Positions 1-8,174 of a DNA stretch of 49,525 bases are shown here, piece by piece. The notes beneath the pieces are model-generated. The model searched no databases, was not told the origin of the DNA, and saw only the letters and a program-made list of their open reading frames with translations. The translations under genes and the position numbers were made by a program. This DNA is from a virus (lineage: Duplodnaviria; Caudoviricetes): positions 1-49,525 of IMG/VR virus record IMGVR_UViG_3300035670_000319, one strand, 5' to 3'. Within the stretch, counting starts at the first letter, position 1. Each line of letters starts with the position of its first letter.

Positions 1-102
1 GAAATCAACCGCCTTTCCGTGCTTGGCGAAGTAAGAGCGGACAACCCAGGCGGCGCCAAAGCCGTCCGCGCAGTTGCCGTGGTAGATGCAGAGAATGTTC
101 AT
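1..102 (-). CDS. DHH-family phosphoesterase, N-terminal fragment (runs off window start)
   Basis: Minus strand from ATG 102 reads MNILCIYHGNCADGFGAAWVV, the YH..C.DG motif typical of phage DHH phosphohydrolases. GAGG upstream. The C-terminal part is at 49080-49525. Confidence 0.85.
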   Translation of the reverse strand, partial: MNILCIYHGNCADGFGAAWVVRSYFAKHGKAVDF

Positions 103-112
103 GTCGTCGTCC

Positions 113-421
113 TCAAAACAGCGGCTCGTCGCCGTCGAACAGATCGGAGTCGTCGCGCTTCGGCAGCGTGCCGGTCGGGCTGCGGCGGCCCTCCTCGTCG
201 GGGATGAAGGGGTCTTTGAAGTGGAGGATGTACTCGCCGCGCGCTCGCATCTGCTCGTGGCGGCGCTTGCCTGCGACCTGGGCGACCTGTGAGGGCGTCA
301 GGGACTCGCGGGTGCACATGCGGTCACTGTCACCGCGGCGGATCCGCTCCCTTAGCCGGCGGTCACTCACCGTGCGGGGCGTCAACGGCCGCAGACGCTC
401 GAATCGTTCGTTGGTGGTCAC
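113..421 (-). CDS. Small basic hypothetical protein, paralog 1 of the ERF..LR.L.P..SD family
   Basis: GTG at 421 overlaps the upstream stop (GTGA). Clear similarity to 33584-33805 and 47218-47421. Confidence 0.7.
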   Translation of the reverse strand: MTTNERFERLRPLTPRTVSDRRLRERIRRGDSDRMCTRESLTPSQVAQVAGKRRHEQMRARGEYILHFKDPFIPDEEGRRSPTGTLPKRDDSDLFDGDEPLF

Positions 422-822
422 GGGTGGGTCGCCCTGGCGATGGCGGCGCGGGCGTGGTCGGCTGCGATTGCGAAGGCGCCCGCTGGTGCGTGCCCGCCCA
501 GTCCTTCCGGAGAGGGGCACAACGAAATAAATCGATGCAGCGCCGCCAGCAGCTCGTCGCACTGGACGCGCAGTCGTGCCAGTTCCTTGTCAGCCGTCAG
601 GGCGTCCGCGTTCATCGTCTCGATGGTCCGCGCGGGGTCATACATGCCCGCGCAGGCGTTGACGCAGGCGACGATGCGGGCGGCGTTCGCGCGCTTCTCG
701 GCTGCGGACCCAGCGCAGTGAGCGATAGGCGCGCAGCCGCGGCGCTCTCCATCGGCGTCGCATACCTGACCTTTGTCACCGTGATTGACCTGCCACGGCT
801 CCGGCGTGTGCTGGCCGCTCAT
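418..822 (-). CDS. Phage hypothetical protein (HTPxPW / ANAARIVACVNAC type)
   Basis: MSGQHTPEPW start with ATGA overlap. The motif is common in phage early genes. Confidence 0.75.
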   Translation of the reverse strand: MSGQHTPEPWQVNHGDKGQVCDADGERRGCAPIAHCAGSAAEKRANAARIVACVNACAGMYDPARTIETMNADALTADKELARLRVQCDELLAALHRFISLCPSPEGLGGHAPAGAFAIAADHARAAIARATHP

Positions 823-1001
823 GACCGGGCCTCCTGCGCGATGCGGAAGGCTTCGGCACTGTGGCGGCGCGACTCCTTGGCGCAAGCGATGCGGTAAGAG
901 GTCGGCAGATTAAAACCACGATCCTCAAACATCGCGCGGGCCGCCTCGCACTCGCGCGCCAGTTCCACGATGCGGGCCTTCTGCTGTTCGGTCATGTTCA
1001 T
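819..1001 (-). CDS. Hypothetical early protein
   Basis: First ORF after the leftward promoter, translationally coupled to the next gene. Confidence 0.6.
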   Translation of the reverse strand: MNMTEQQKARIVELARECEAARAMFEDRGFNLPTSYRIACAKESRRHSAEAFRIAQEARS

Positions 1002-1039
1002 GTGTGCTCTCGGTTGGTTCGGTTGGTGCGACGGTTCCC

Positions 1040-1067
1040 ACTATAGGCACTTTGTTCCTCTTTGCAA
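1040..1067 (-). promoter_or_regulatory. Sigma70-like early promoter
   Basis: Minus strand TTGCAA-16 nt-TATAGT upstream of ORF 819-1001. Confidence 0.55.
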
Positions 1068-1092
1068 GGGGTCGGACGTTAAGTGCTTGAAA

Positions 1093-1398
1093 TTAAAGCA
1101 AATTTAGTTCGTACAGGAGGCGGGTTCGCAGGGCCGCGTTGAGCGTGTGCTGACTGAGCACGTCGCGCAGCAGTCGCTCGATGGCTTTGCTGCGCTCCTC
1201 GGTCATGACGTGCATGGTCAGCGTCGTGCGGATCTCGTCGTAATCGCGACTCACGGTGCGCTTGAAGTAGTCCTCGGTCAGGTGGCCATTGATGAGGTTG
1301 TTGGTCAGGGTTCGAGCCAGCGCGTAGTGCACCATGCTCTGTACGTTGCCGACGTTCTGCTCCTGCGTGTGGACATGCGTGGCACTTACGATGGGCAT
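1093..1398 (-). CDS. Hypothetical protein
   Basis: ATG 1398 with GGAG upstream, 101 aa. Confidence 0.6.
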   Translation of the reverse strand: MPIVSATHVHTQEQNVGNVQSMVHYALARTLTNNLINGHLTEDYFKRTVSRDYDEIRTTLTMHVMTEERSKAIERLLRDVLSQHTLNAALRTRLLYELNLL

Positions 1399-1402
1399 GG
1401 CG

Positions 1403-1702
1403 CTACTCCAGGTTGCTGAGGGCGGACTGCACGTACTGCGCGGCCATCTCGTCCAGGGCGTCGCGCTTGGCCGGGTTGATGCCCGTCTGCTGCGCACTGG
1501 ACGTGCAGGTGATCGCGATCATCACCAGCGTCTCGCAGCGCCGATAGCCGCGGGGGTCGCGCACCTCACGGGCGGCACGGTGCCCAAGGGCACGCCAGCC
1601 CTGCGCCGCGCCTGGCGGAAGGTCACGGGCGCGCTCGATGAGGGGCTTTAGTACCCCATGCGGCTTCAGGCTATTGATGAGTTCGTCAGTATACGGATGC
1701 AC
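1403..1702 (-). CDS. Hypothetical protein
   Basis: GTG 1702 preceded by AGGGAG. The longer upstream extension in the ORF track runs through non-coding repeats. Confidence 0.55.
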   Translation of the reverse strand: MHPYTDELINSLKPHGVLKPLIERARDLPPGAAQGWRALGHRAAREVRDPRGYRRCETLVMIAITCTSSAQQTGINPAKRDALDEMAAQYVQSALSNLE

Positions 1703-1812
1703 GACTTTCTCCCTATTGATGGGGTGGTCAGTATACACAAAATTTCGTATTGACCAGCTCGGCAGTAAAAACGGCACGATGGTCCTGCTTATTGACCACC
1801 TAGGCAGTAAAA
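1671..1812. repeat. Four operator/iteron-like repeats TATTGAY-N6-GKCAGTA
   Basis: ctattgatgagttcgtcagtatac (1671), ctattgatggggtggtcagtatac (1713), tattgaccagctcggcagtaaaa (1748), tattgaccacctaggcagtaaaa (1790). Spacing 42/34/42. Confidence 0.8.
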
Positions 1813-1853
1813 GCTGTCGTAAAAATCGGGTCTGTAGTAAACGAAAAATGCGG

Positions 1854-2058
1854 TAAGTGACTGAAATCACAGGATAAAGTCGCAATTTACTACTGTACTA
1901 CGGTACTACACATGCCTCAACTCTGCGCCGGTGGCGCGGTACACACACACGGTGTGTTGTATTGCTGTACGTATACATGCGTACATTACATATCATATAT
2001 ATATTATATAGTAGTAGTGTAGTAGAGAGTATATAAATCACGAGGAATCAATGACTTA
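1854..2058. promoter_or_regulatory. AT-rich control region with IHF-like sites (candidate origin or packaging site)
   Basis: AATCAATGACTTA at 2046-2058 matches the IHF consensus WATCAANNNNTTR. Inverted near-match at 1854-1866. TA-rich tract at about 1982-2010. Confidence 0.5.
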
Positions 2059-2116
2059 GAGTTTTGGTCCTGTCGGTGTATTTCCGTTTGTTTGGATTGC
2101 AACTGAAACTGTGGTA

Positions 2117-2659
2117 ATGGCGACCACCCATCGAAGACTGCCGGACCCCCGGCTCGAACGGTTCTGCCGCGAATACGTCGCGACAGGCAACGGCGCGCTC
2201 TCTGCGCGACGTGCTGGCTACTCGCGCCACAGTGCAGGCGTGATCGCCAACGAGGTGCTAAAGCGCCCGTACGTCATCGAGCGCGTACAGCAATTGCAGC
2301 TCGCTCGCCTAGAGAAAATCGCTGATGCGTGCGATGACGGCGTGATGAGCGCAGAGGAAGTGCTGCGGCGTCTCAGCGTGCTTGCCGGTGCGGATCGTCG
2401 CGAGCTCGTGGACGAAGACGGCGACGTCAAGTCACTGCACGAGATGGACGAAGACACCGCGATGGTGATCGAGCAGTACGAGCAGACCGAACGCTTCGCA
2501 GAGGACGGCACGCGCGAGACGAAGCGCAAGGTGAAGACCGCCAGTCAGCTCCAGGCGCTGCGTGTGCTCGGCGAGTACCACAACCTGTTCAAGGATCACG
2601 AGTCGAACAAGGCTCCTGCCGTAACGGTCAACATCGCAGGCAAAGATGCCGAAGCCTGA
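2117..2659 (+). CDS. terS: Terminase small subunit
   Basis: RFCREYVATGNGALSARRAGYS...A..L HTH signature, immediately upstream of TerL. Confidence 0.9.
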   Translation: MATTHRRLPDPRLERFCREYVATGNGALSARRAGYSRHSAGVIANEVLKRPYVIERVQQLQLARLEKIADACDDGVMSAEEVLRRLSVLAGADRRELVDEDGDVKSLHEMDEDTAMVIEQYEQTERFAEDGTRETKRKVKTASQLQALRVLGEYHNLFKDHESNKAPAVTVNIAGKDAEA

Positions 2660-4091
2660 GCTAGACATCAGCGCGATACGTCCCGCGCGCAACAGTCGCC
2701 TGCACAAGATCATGGCGCAGCTGCCGCAGGCTTCTACGGTCACGGCACGTCCCGAGTTCAAGCTCACGCCTGCGCAGGACAAGGCGCGCGACGTGCTTAT
2801 CTCGGACGCGATGTACATCGCAATCGCGGGCGGCTCGCGTAGTGGCAAGACGTTCTTGCTCGTGCGCCAGGTGATGATGCGTGCGTTCCGTTCGCCCGGC
2901 TCGCGGCATGCGATCTTCCGTTTCCGCTTCAACGCCGTGAAGCAGTCGATCGTGCTCGAGACGCTGCCGAAGGTCTTCGACCTGTGCTTCCCTGGCGTGT
3001 GGGAGCACTGCACGCTCGACAAGACCGATTGGTATCTCAAGCTGCCCAACGGCAGCGAGGTGTGGTTCTCGGGCCTCGACGACAAAGAGCGCGTTGAGAA
3101 AGTGCTCGGTAAGGAATACGCCACGCTCTACTTCAACGAGTCGTCGCAGATCCCCTATCAGTCCGTCACGCTCGCTCTGTCGCGTCTGGCGCAGAAGACC
3201 GAGTCGCTCAAACTCAAGTGCTTTTTCGACTTCAACCCGCCGAGCAAGCAGCACTGGACGTATCGGCTGTTCGTCGAGCGTAAAGACCCCGACACGCGCC
3301 AGTCGCTGCGCAACGCGCACGAGTACGGCTTCTACCTCATCAACCCGTACGACAACCGCGAGAACCTCGACCCCAAGTACCTGCAAGTCCTTGAGGCGAT
3401 GCCCGAGAAGCAGCGCAACCGCTTCCTGCTGGGTCGCTTCGCAGACGCGAGCGAGGGGCAACTGTGGTCGGACGAACTGCTGGGTACGTCGCGCGTGCTC
3501 AACGCCAAGGACTTCCCGACCTTCCAGCGCATCGTGATCGCTGTGGACCCGAGCGGCTGCAGCGGCCCCGAGGATACGCGCAGCGACGAGATCGGCATCG
3601 CCGTCTGTGCCCTGGGTACGAATGGTCACGGCTACCTGGTCGAAGACCTGAGCGGGCGCTACGGGCCGGCCGAGTGGGGCAAGGTGGTCGTCGAGGCGTA
3701 CCGGCGCCACCGCGCGGATCGGGTCATCGGCGAGAGCAACTACGGTGGCGCGATGGTCGAGCACGTCATCCAGTCGGTCGACGGCGACATCCCCTACCAG
3801 GACGCGCAGGCCACCCGCGGCAAGGTGCGGCGTGCCGAGCCGATCGCTGCGCTCTACGAGCAGGGCAAGATCCACCACCTGGGATTCTTCCCGGAGCTGG
3901 AGGAGCAACTCTGTGGCTTCACGCCAGCCGGGTATACGGGCCTTCGTTCCCCTGACCGGGCGGACGCCGCGATCTGGGGATTTTCGGTACTATTCCCCGG
4001 CATGACGGTCCGCCAGGAGGAACAGAACTGGCGCCCACCCGCAGTGCATGCGCCCACCCGCAGTGCTGCGCGCTACACGTATCGGAGGTAG
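2646..4091 (+). CDS. terL: Terminase large subunit
   Basis: Walker A GGSRSGKT, Walker B LYFNE, FNPP coupling motif, RNase H nuclease IAVDP...SPDRADA. Confidence 0.95.
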   Translation: MPKPELDISAIRPARNSRLHKIMAQLPQASTVTARPEFKLTPAQDKARDVLISDAMYIAIAGGSRSGKTFLLVRQVMMRAFRSPGSRHAIFRFRFNAVKQSIVLETLPKVFDLCFPGVWEHCTLDKTDWYLKLPNGSEVWFSGLDDKERVEKVLGKEYATLYFNESSQIPYQSVTLALSRLAQKTESLKLKCFFDFNPPSKQHWTYRLFVERKDPDTRQSLRNAHEYGFYLINPYDNRENLDPKYLQVLEAMPEKQRNRFLLGRFADASEGQLWSDELLGTSRVLNAKDFPTFQRIVIAVDPSGCSGPEDTRSDEIGIAVCALGTNGHGYLVEDLSGRYGPAEWGKVVVEAYRRHRADRVIGESNYGGAMVEHVIQSVDGDIPYQDAQATRGKVRRAEPIAALYEQGKIHHLGFFPELEEQLCGFTPAGYTGLRSPDRADAAIWGFSVLFPGMTVRQEEQNWRPPAVHAPTRSAARYTYRR

Positions 4092-4093
4092 CT

Positions 4094-4399
4094 ATGAGCA
4101 GCGCCAAGAAAGCGATCGGTAAGGCCATCCGTCAGATCTCGACGGCCTCACCGACGCGTTACCTCATCAAGAAAGTCACCGGTAAGGACGACATCGGCCT
4201 CACCAACTGGGTCGGTCGCAAGCTCGAGGGTGGCCAGGGGCGCAAGGGTGCACCGGCCGAGACGCTCGAAGCGCCCACCGTGGACAACGAGGAACAGCGC
4301 GCAGCCGCGGCGCGTGAGGTGCAACGGCGGTACGCACGTCGCGGACGTGCAGGAACGGCCCTGTCGGCAGCGACGGGCGGCGACTCTTACCTGGGATGA
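4094..4399 (+). CDS. Hypothetical protein between terL and portal (possible virion protein)
   Basis: GGAGG SD. C-terminal RRGRAGT.LS...LG resembles small pre-portal proteins of podoviruses. Confidence 0.7.
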   Translation: MSSAKKAIGKAIRQISTASPTRYLIKKVTGKDDIGLTNWVGRKLEGGQGRKGAPAETLEAPTVDNEEQRAAAAREVQRRYARRGRAGTALSAATGGDSYLG

Positions 4400-4405
4400 A
4401 CGATC

Positions 4406-4708
4406 ATGCGCGCAGTCTCCAATTTCTTCAGCGGCAACCGTAACCGCAATCGCAACCAGGGCTCGCAGGAGCCTGTCTCGATTGCCCGTCCGGGCTTCCA
4501 GCGCCGCGAGGCGACGGCTCCGTCGGCCAAGCGCCCGCCCGCTACGTTCGCTCCGAAGCCGCCGGTCTACGCCGAGCCGACCAATCCGCCCGAGGGTGGC
4601 GGCACGTTCGCTCCGAAGCCGCCGGCCATGCGCCCGGCTGATGACGAGGCCACCACCTCGCCGATGGCTGGTCGCCGTCGTCGCGCGCCGACCGTTACGC
4701 GCCTCTAA
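4406..4708 (+). CDS. Pro/Arg-rich hypothetical protein with TFAPKPP repeat
   Basis: Fills the gap in the operon. Identical 22-nt repeat at 4544-4565 and 4604-4625. Confidence 0.55.
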   Translation: MRAVSNFFSGNRNRNRNQGSQEPVSIARPGFQRREATAPSAKRPPATFAPKPPVYAEPTNPPEGGGTFAPKPPAMRPADDEATTSPMAGRRRRAPTVTRL

Positions 4709-4722
4709 CCGGGGAACCGCCC

Positions 4723-6297
4723 GTGCCCGCACAGTCCGTACAGGAAGTCATCAAGCACAGCGACCACCTGTTCGAGCGACAGGCGTCGATGGTTGCCCTG
4801 TGGCAACTGCTGGCCGACAACTTCTACCCGGAACGTGCGGACTTCACGGTCGTGCGCAACGTCGGTCAGGAGCTGGCCGATCAGCTGATCGACTCGTATC
4901 CGATCATCGTCCGTCGCGACATGGGCAACTCGCTGTCCGCCATGCTGCGTGATGGTGAGTGGTTCTCGATGACGACGGACATAGATCCTGACTACGAGGC
5001 GCGCGCCTGGCTCGAATGGAGCACCAAGCGCATGATGAAGTTCATGGGCGATCGTGCGTCCAACTTCACGCGCGCCACGAAAGAAGGCGACCACGACTAC
5101 GTCACGTTCGGGCAGTGCGTCATCAGCGTCGAGTTGAACAAGCTCCGCAACGGCGTGCTGTACCGTTGCTGGCACCTGCGTGACTGTGCGTGGTTCGAGG
5201 ACGAGACGGGCCAGGTGTGCAGCGTGCACCGCAAGTGGCGACCCACGTACTACCAGCTGCTGCAGCAGTTCGGCGCCGCCAAGCTGCACCCGGACTGCGC
5301 GCAGATGGGCGTCACCAAGCCGCACGAGGACGTGCAGTGCCGTGTGATCGTCATGCCGGTGGGCATGTATGGTGACGAGCGGTACATGACGCGCTTCAAG
5401 TACGTGCGCCTCATCGTGGACGTGGCGCGCATGCACCTGATCGAGGTCGTGCCGCTGCGTGCGATGGATCACCTGGTTCCGCGCTTCCAGACCGTGGCGG
5501 GCTCGCAGTACGCGTACAGCCCTGCGACCGTGGCGGGCCTGCCGGACGCTCGTCTGCTCCAGGCCATGACGCACACGCTGCTCGAGGCTGGCGAACGGTA
5601 CGTACGGCCGCCGCTGATCGCCACGCAGACCGTGGTGCGCAGTGACGTCGATCTCAACCCGAACGGCATCACCTGGGTCGACAAGGCGTACGACGAGCGG
5701 TTCGGCGCGGCGCTTCGTCCGCTTGAGACGCAGCGTGGCGCGTTCCCGATCGGCCTTGAGATGCGGGCCGACATCAAGGAAGCACTGTCCTCGGCGTTCT
5801 ACCTCAACAAGATCAACCTGCCGCCCGTCGATTCAAAGGTCATGACGGCGTACGAGGTGCAGGAGCGGATGAAGCAGTTCCGCCGCGAGAACCTGCCGCT
5901 GTTCGCGCCGATTGAGGCGGACTACAACGGCCAGCTCTGCGAGATCACATTCGAGTTGCTGTTCCAGAACGGCATGCTCGGCTCGTATCTGGACGTGCCC
6001 AAGTCGCTTCAGGGCCGCAACGTGATCTTCAAGTTCAAGTCGCCACTGTCCGCTGCGGACGAGGAGCGCAAGGCCAACCGCTTCGCGCAGATGCGCGAGA
6101 TCCTGGCTTCGGCGGTCGACCTGGACGACTCGCTTGTCGAGAACGTCAATCTCGACATTGCCATGCGTGACGCCATCGAGGGCATCGGCGCACCGTCGCA
6201 GTGGCTCGCCTCGGTCGAGCAGGTCGCTATGCGCAAGCAGGCCCGTCAGGAGACAGCCGTGGCGATGGCAGCGGCTGAGGCTGGGGTCGCGGAATGA
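4723..6297 (+). CDS. Portal (head-tail connector) protein
   Basis: 524 aa with YAYSP, RPPL and MTAYEVQER motifs typical of T7/epsilon15/BPP-1-type portals. Confidence 0.92.
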   Translation: MPAQSVQEVIKHSDHLFERQASMVALWQLLADNFYPERADFTVVRNVGQELADQLIDSYPIIVRRDMGNSLSAMLRDGEWFSMTTDIDPDYEARAWLEWSTKRMMKFMGDRASNFTRATKEGDHDYVTFGQCVISVELNKLRNGVLYRCWHLRDCAWFEDETGQVCSVHRKWRPTYYQLLQQFGAAKLHPDCAQMGVTKPHEDVQCRVIVMPVGMYGDERYMTRFKYVRLIVDVARMHLIEVVPLRAMDHLVPRFQTVAGSQYAYSPATVAGLPDARLLQAMTHTLLEAGERYVRPPLIATQTVVRSDVDLNPNGITWVDKAYDERFGAALRPLETQRGAFPIGLEMRADIKEALSSAFYLNKINLPPVDSKVMTAYEVQERMKQFRRENLPLFAPIEADYNGQLCEITFELLFQNGMLGSYLDVPKSLQGRNVIFKFKSPLSAADEERKANRFAQMREILASAVDLDDSLVENVNLDIAMRDAIEGIGAPSQWLASVEQVAMRKQARQETAVAMAAAEAGVAE

Positions 6298-6542
6298 GCG
6301 CCCCGATCGAGCTGGTCGTTGAGCCCCTGACGAAAGAGGAGCACCGCGCGTTGCGGGCGTTGCGTGAGGGCAAGGCTGACGCTGGTCAGCAGGGCCTGGC
6401 GCTGCAGGTCATCGTCAACAAGCTCTCCCGCACGCATGATTTGCCGTACATCCCTGGCGATCCCAACGCCGGGGTTTTCCTAGCAGGTCGGGCCTTCGTT
6501 GGGAAGCAGCTGCTCAAGGCTTTGAACCTCCCCGTTGAGTGA
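6294..6542 (+). CDS. Small hypothetical protein (Bbp19-like position)
   Basis: ATGA-coupled to portal. F..GR..VG motif. Confidence 0.7.
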   Translation: MSAPIELVVEPLTKEEHRALRALREGKADAGQQGLALQVIVNKLSRTHDLPYIPGDPNAGVFLAGRAFVGKQLLKALNLPVE

Positions 6543-6546
6543 GAAC

Positions 6547-7533
6547 ATGACTACGCAAGCGCCACCCGCGGCACCTGCCGCGCCCGCTGCACCGGCTGCA
6601 ACCCCTCCCGCTCCTGCCGCCCCGGCTGCTGCGCCCGCATCTCCCCCGCCGACTGCACTGGCCGCTGCGCCGGCACCGGCGGCTCCTGCCGTACCGGCCT
6701 CGCCGACCGCGGCTGCCAACCAGCGGTTCTACGAGTCCCTGCCGACCGACTGGCGCGAGCAGATCGCCACGGGTCTGCAGCTGGACGAGGGCAAGACCAA
6801 CATCCTCGGCCGCTATCAGTCCTTCCCGAAGCTGGTCGAGGCGTTCTTCCACGCCCAGGACAAGATCCGCAAGGGCGAGGCCAACGCTCTGCCCGTGCTG
6901 CCCGAGAATCCGACGCCTGAGCAGCTGACCGAGTACCGCACCAAGCTCGGCCTTCCGACCAAGGTCGAGGACTACAAGCTGACGCTTGAGCAGGGCTTGG
7001 TGCTGAGTGACGAAGACGAGCGCATCATGGGCAGCGTCCGTGACGTGGCGTTCGCCAACAACGTCAAGCCGGGCGTCATGAGCCAGCTCACCAACGCCAT
7101 GCTCAAGGCGCGCGAGCAGGAAACCGAGGCCATGATGGCGCGGCACGGTGTCGACGCGCAGACGACGCAGCGCACGCTGCGTGAAGCCTGGGGCTCCGAC
7201 TTCCAGACCAACATGAACATCGTCGCGAGCCTGCTGGCCCGGCTGCCGGCCTCGGTGCGTGAGGTCTTCGAGTCGGCCACGATGGCGGACGGCAAGCTGG
7301 CGTTCAACTCGGCTGAGGTGCTGGTGTGGCTGGCCGACATGGGGCGCGAGATCAACCCCGTGGCCACCGTGCTGCCCAACTCCAGCGCCGGCACGCAGGC
7401 CCTGGACGACGAGATCAAGCAGCTCGAGGGTCGCATGGGCACGCCCGAGTGGTACAAGGACGAGGCGGCCCAGAAGCGGTACCAGCAGCTCATCACCGCT
7501 CGCGAGCAGCTGGGCGCTCGCAAAGCGGCCTGA
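6547..7533 (+). CDS. Capsid scaffolding protein
   Basis: Pro/Ala-rich N-terminus, DWRE, KLGLP..Y and L..AWG.DF motifs, located upstream of the capsid gene. Confidence 0.8.
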   Translation: MTTQAPPAAPAAPAAPAATPPAPAAPAAAPASPPPTALAAAPAPAAPAVPASPTAAANQRFYESLPTDWREQIATGLQLDEGKTNILGRYQSFPKLVEAFFHAQDKIRKGEANALPVLPENPTPEQLTEYRTKLGLPTKVEDYKLTLEQGLVLSDEDERIMGSVRDVAFANNVKPGVMSQLTNAMLKAREQETEAMMARHGVDAQTTQRTLREAWGSDFQTNMNIVASLLARLPASVREVFESATMADGKLAFNSAEVLVWLADMGREINPVATVLPNSSAGTQALDDEIKQLEGRMGTPEWYKDEAAQKRYQQLITAREQLGARKAA

Positions 7534-7555
7534 CGTACGGTACGATCGTGACGTG

Positions 7556-7910
7556 TGGCCCCTACGTTACAGGGGCGCTTTGAAGGATGGCGGTGGCCTG
7601 CGCGGCGACGCGGGTTCCTCGCCGGGAGTGGAACGGCTGACTGGATGCGTTCCGGGCTGAACCATCGGCCGCCATCCTTGAGGGCGAACGCGCGTCCGCT
7701 GGCGCGCACGGTGGCGCCGTAGTTGATACCGGCAAGTATCGATGAGGCGCCGCAGGTTCGACTCCTGCATTGCCATAGCCGGAGATCAGCACCGGCCGCC
7801 CTCAAATTCCGGCCTCGCTCGCTGCTTGGTCAATTGTGTGGCTGCCGCGCGCCCTAACAGTCGCGGTGATGCGAGCCGCATGGTCCCGGCGATACGGGGC
7901 GACATCGAAG
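7556..7910 (+). ncRNA. Putative structured RNA modules, 5' part of array (includes tRNA-like element)
   Basis: Long stem AAGGATGGCGG/CCGCCATCCTT, pairing TGAGGGCG/CGCCCTCA, T-arm GCAGG-TTCGACT-CCTGC followed by ATTGCCA. No credible ORF. Confidence 0.6.
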
Positions 7911-7927
7911 ACAGGAGACGCGCAGCA

Positions 7928-8173
7928 ATGCACTACAGGAACGGTCGCGAAGCGAAGAACGGGGACAAGGTCGTGCAGTTGGACTACGCCGGCAACGTCA
8001 CCGCCGTGGGCGTTCTGTACGGCGCCACGCCGGGGAACGACTACTGCAACGGGCAGATTGCGCCGATTCAGTCGGTGAACACCACCGCCTGCATGGTGGA
8101 CTGCCTGCACCTTGACGACGTGAAGGCTATGCTGGCCGAGAAGGGCTTGGACAAGCGTCCGCCGGGCAAGTAG
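7928..8173 (+). CDS. Small hypothetical protein (MHYRNGREAKNGDKVV) embedded in the RNA array
   Basis: AGGAG SD at 7913-7917, 81 aa, GC3-rich codon usage like neighbouring genes. Confidence 0.8.
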   Translation: MHYRNGREAKNGDKVVQLDYAGNVTAVGVLYGATPGNDYCNGQIAPIQSVNTTACMVDCLHLDDVKAMLAEKGLDKRPPGK

Positions 8174-8174
8174 T

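Noticed and set aside
1674-1731. FNR/CRP host sites (TTGAT half-sites)
   Set aside because: The spacer and right half (N6-GTCAG) do not fit FNR TTGAT-N4-ATCAA or CRP TGTGA-N6-TCACA.
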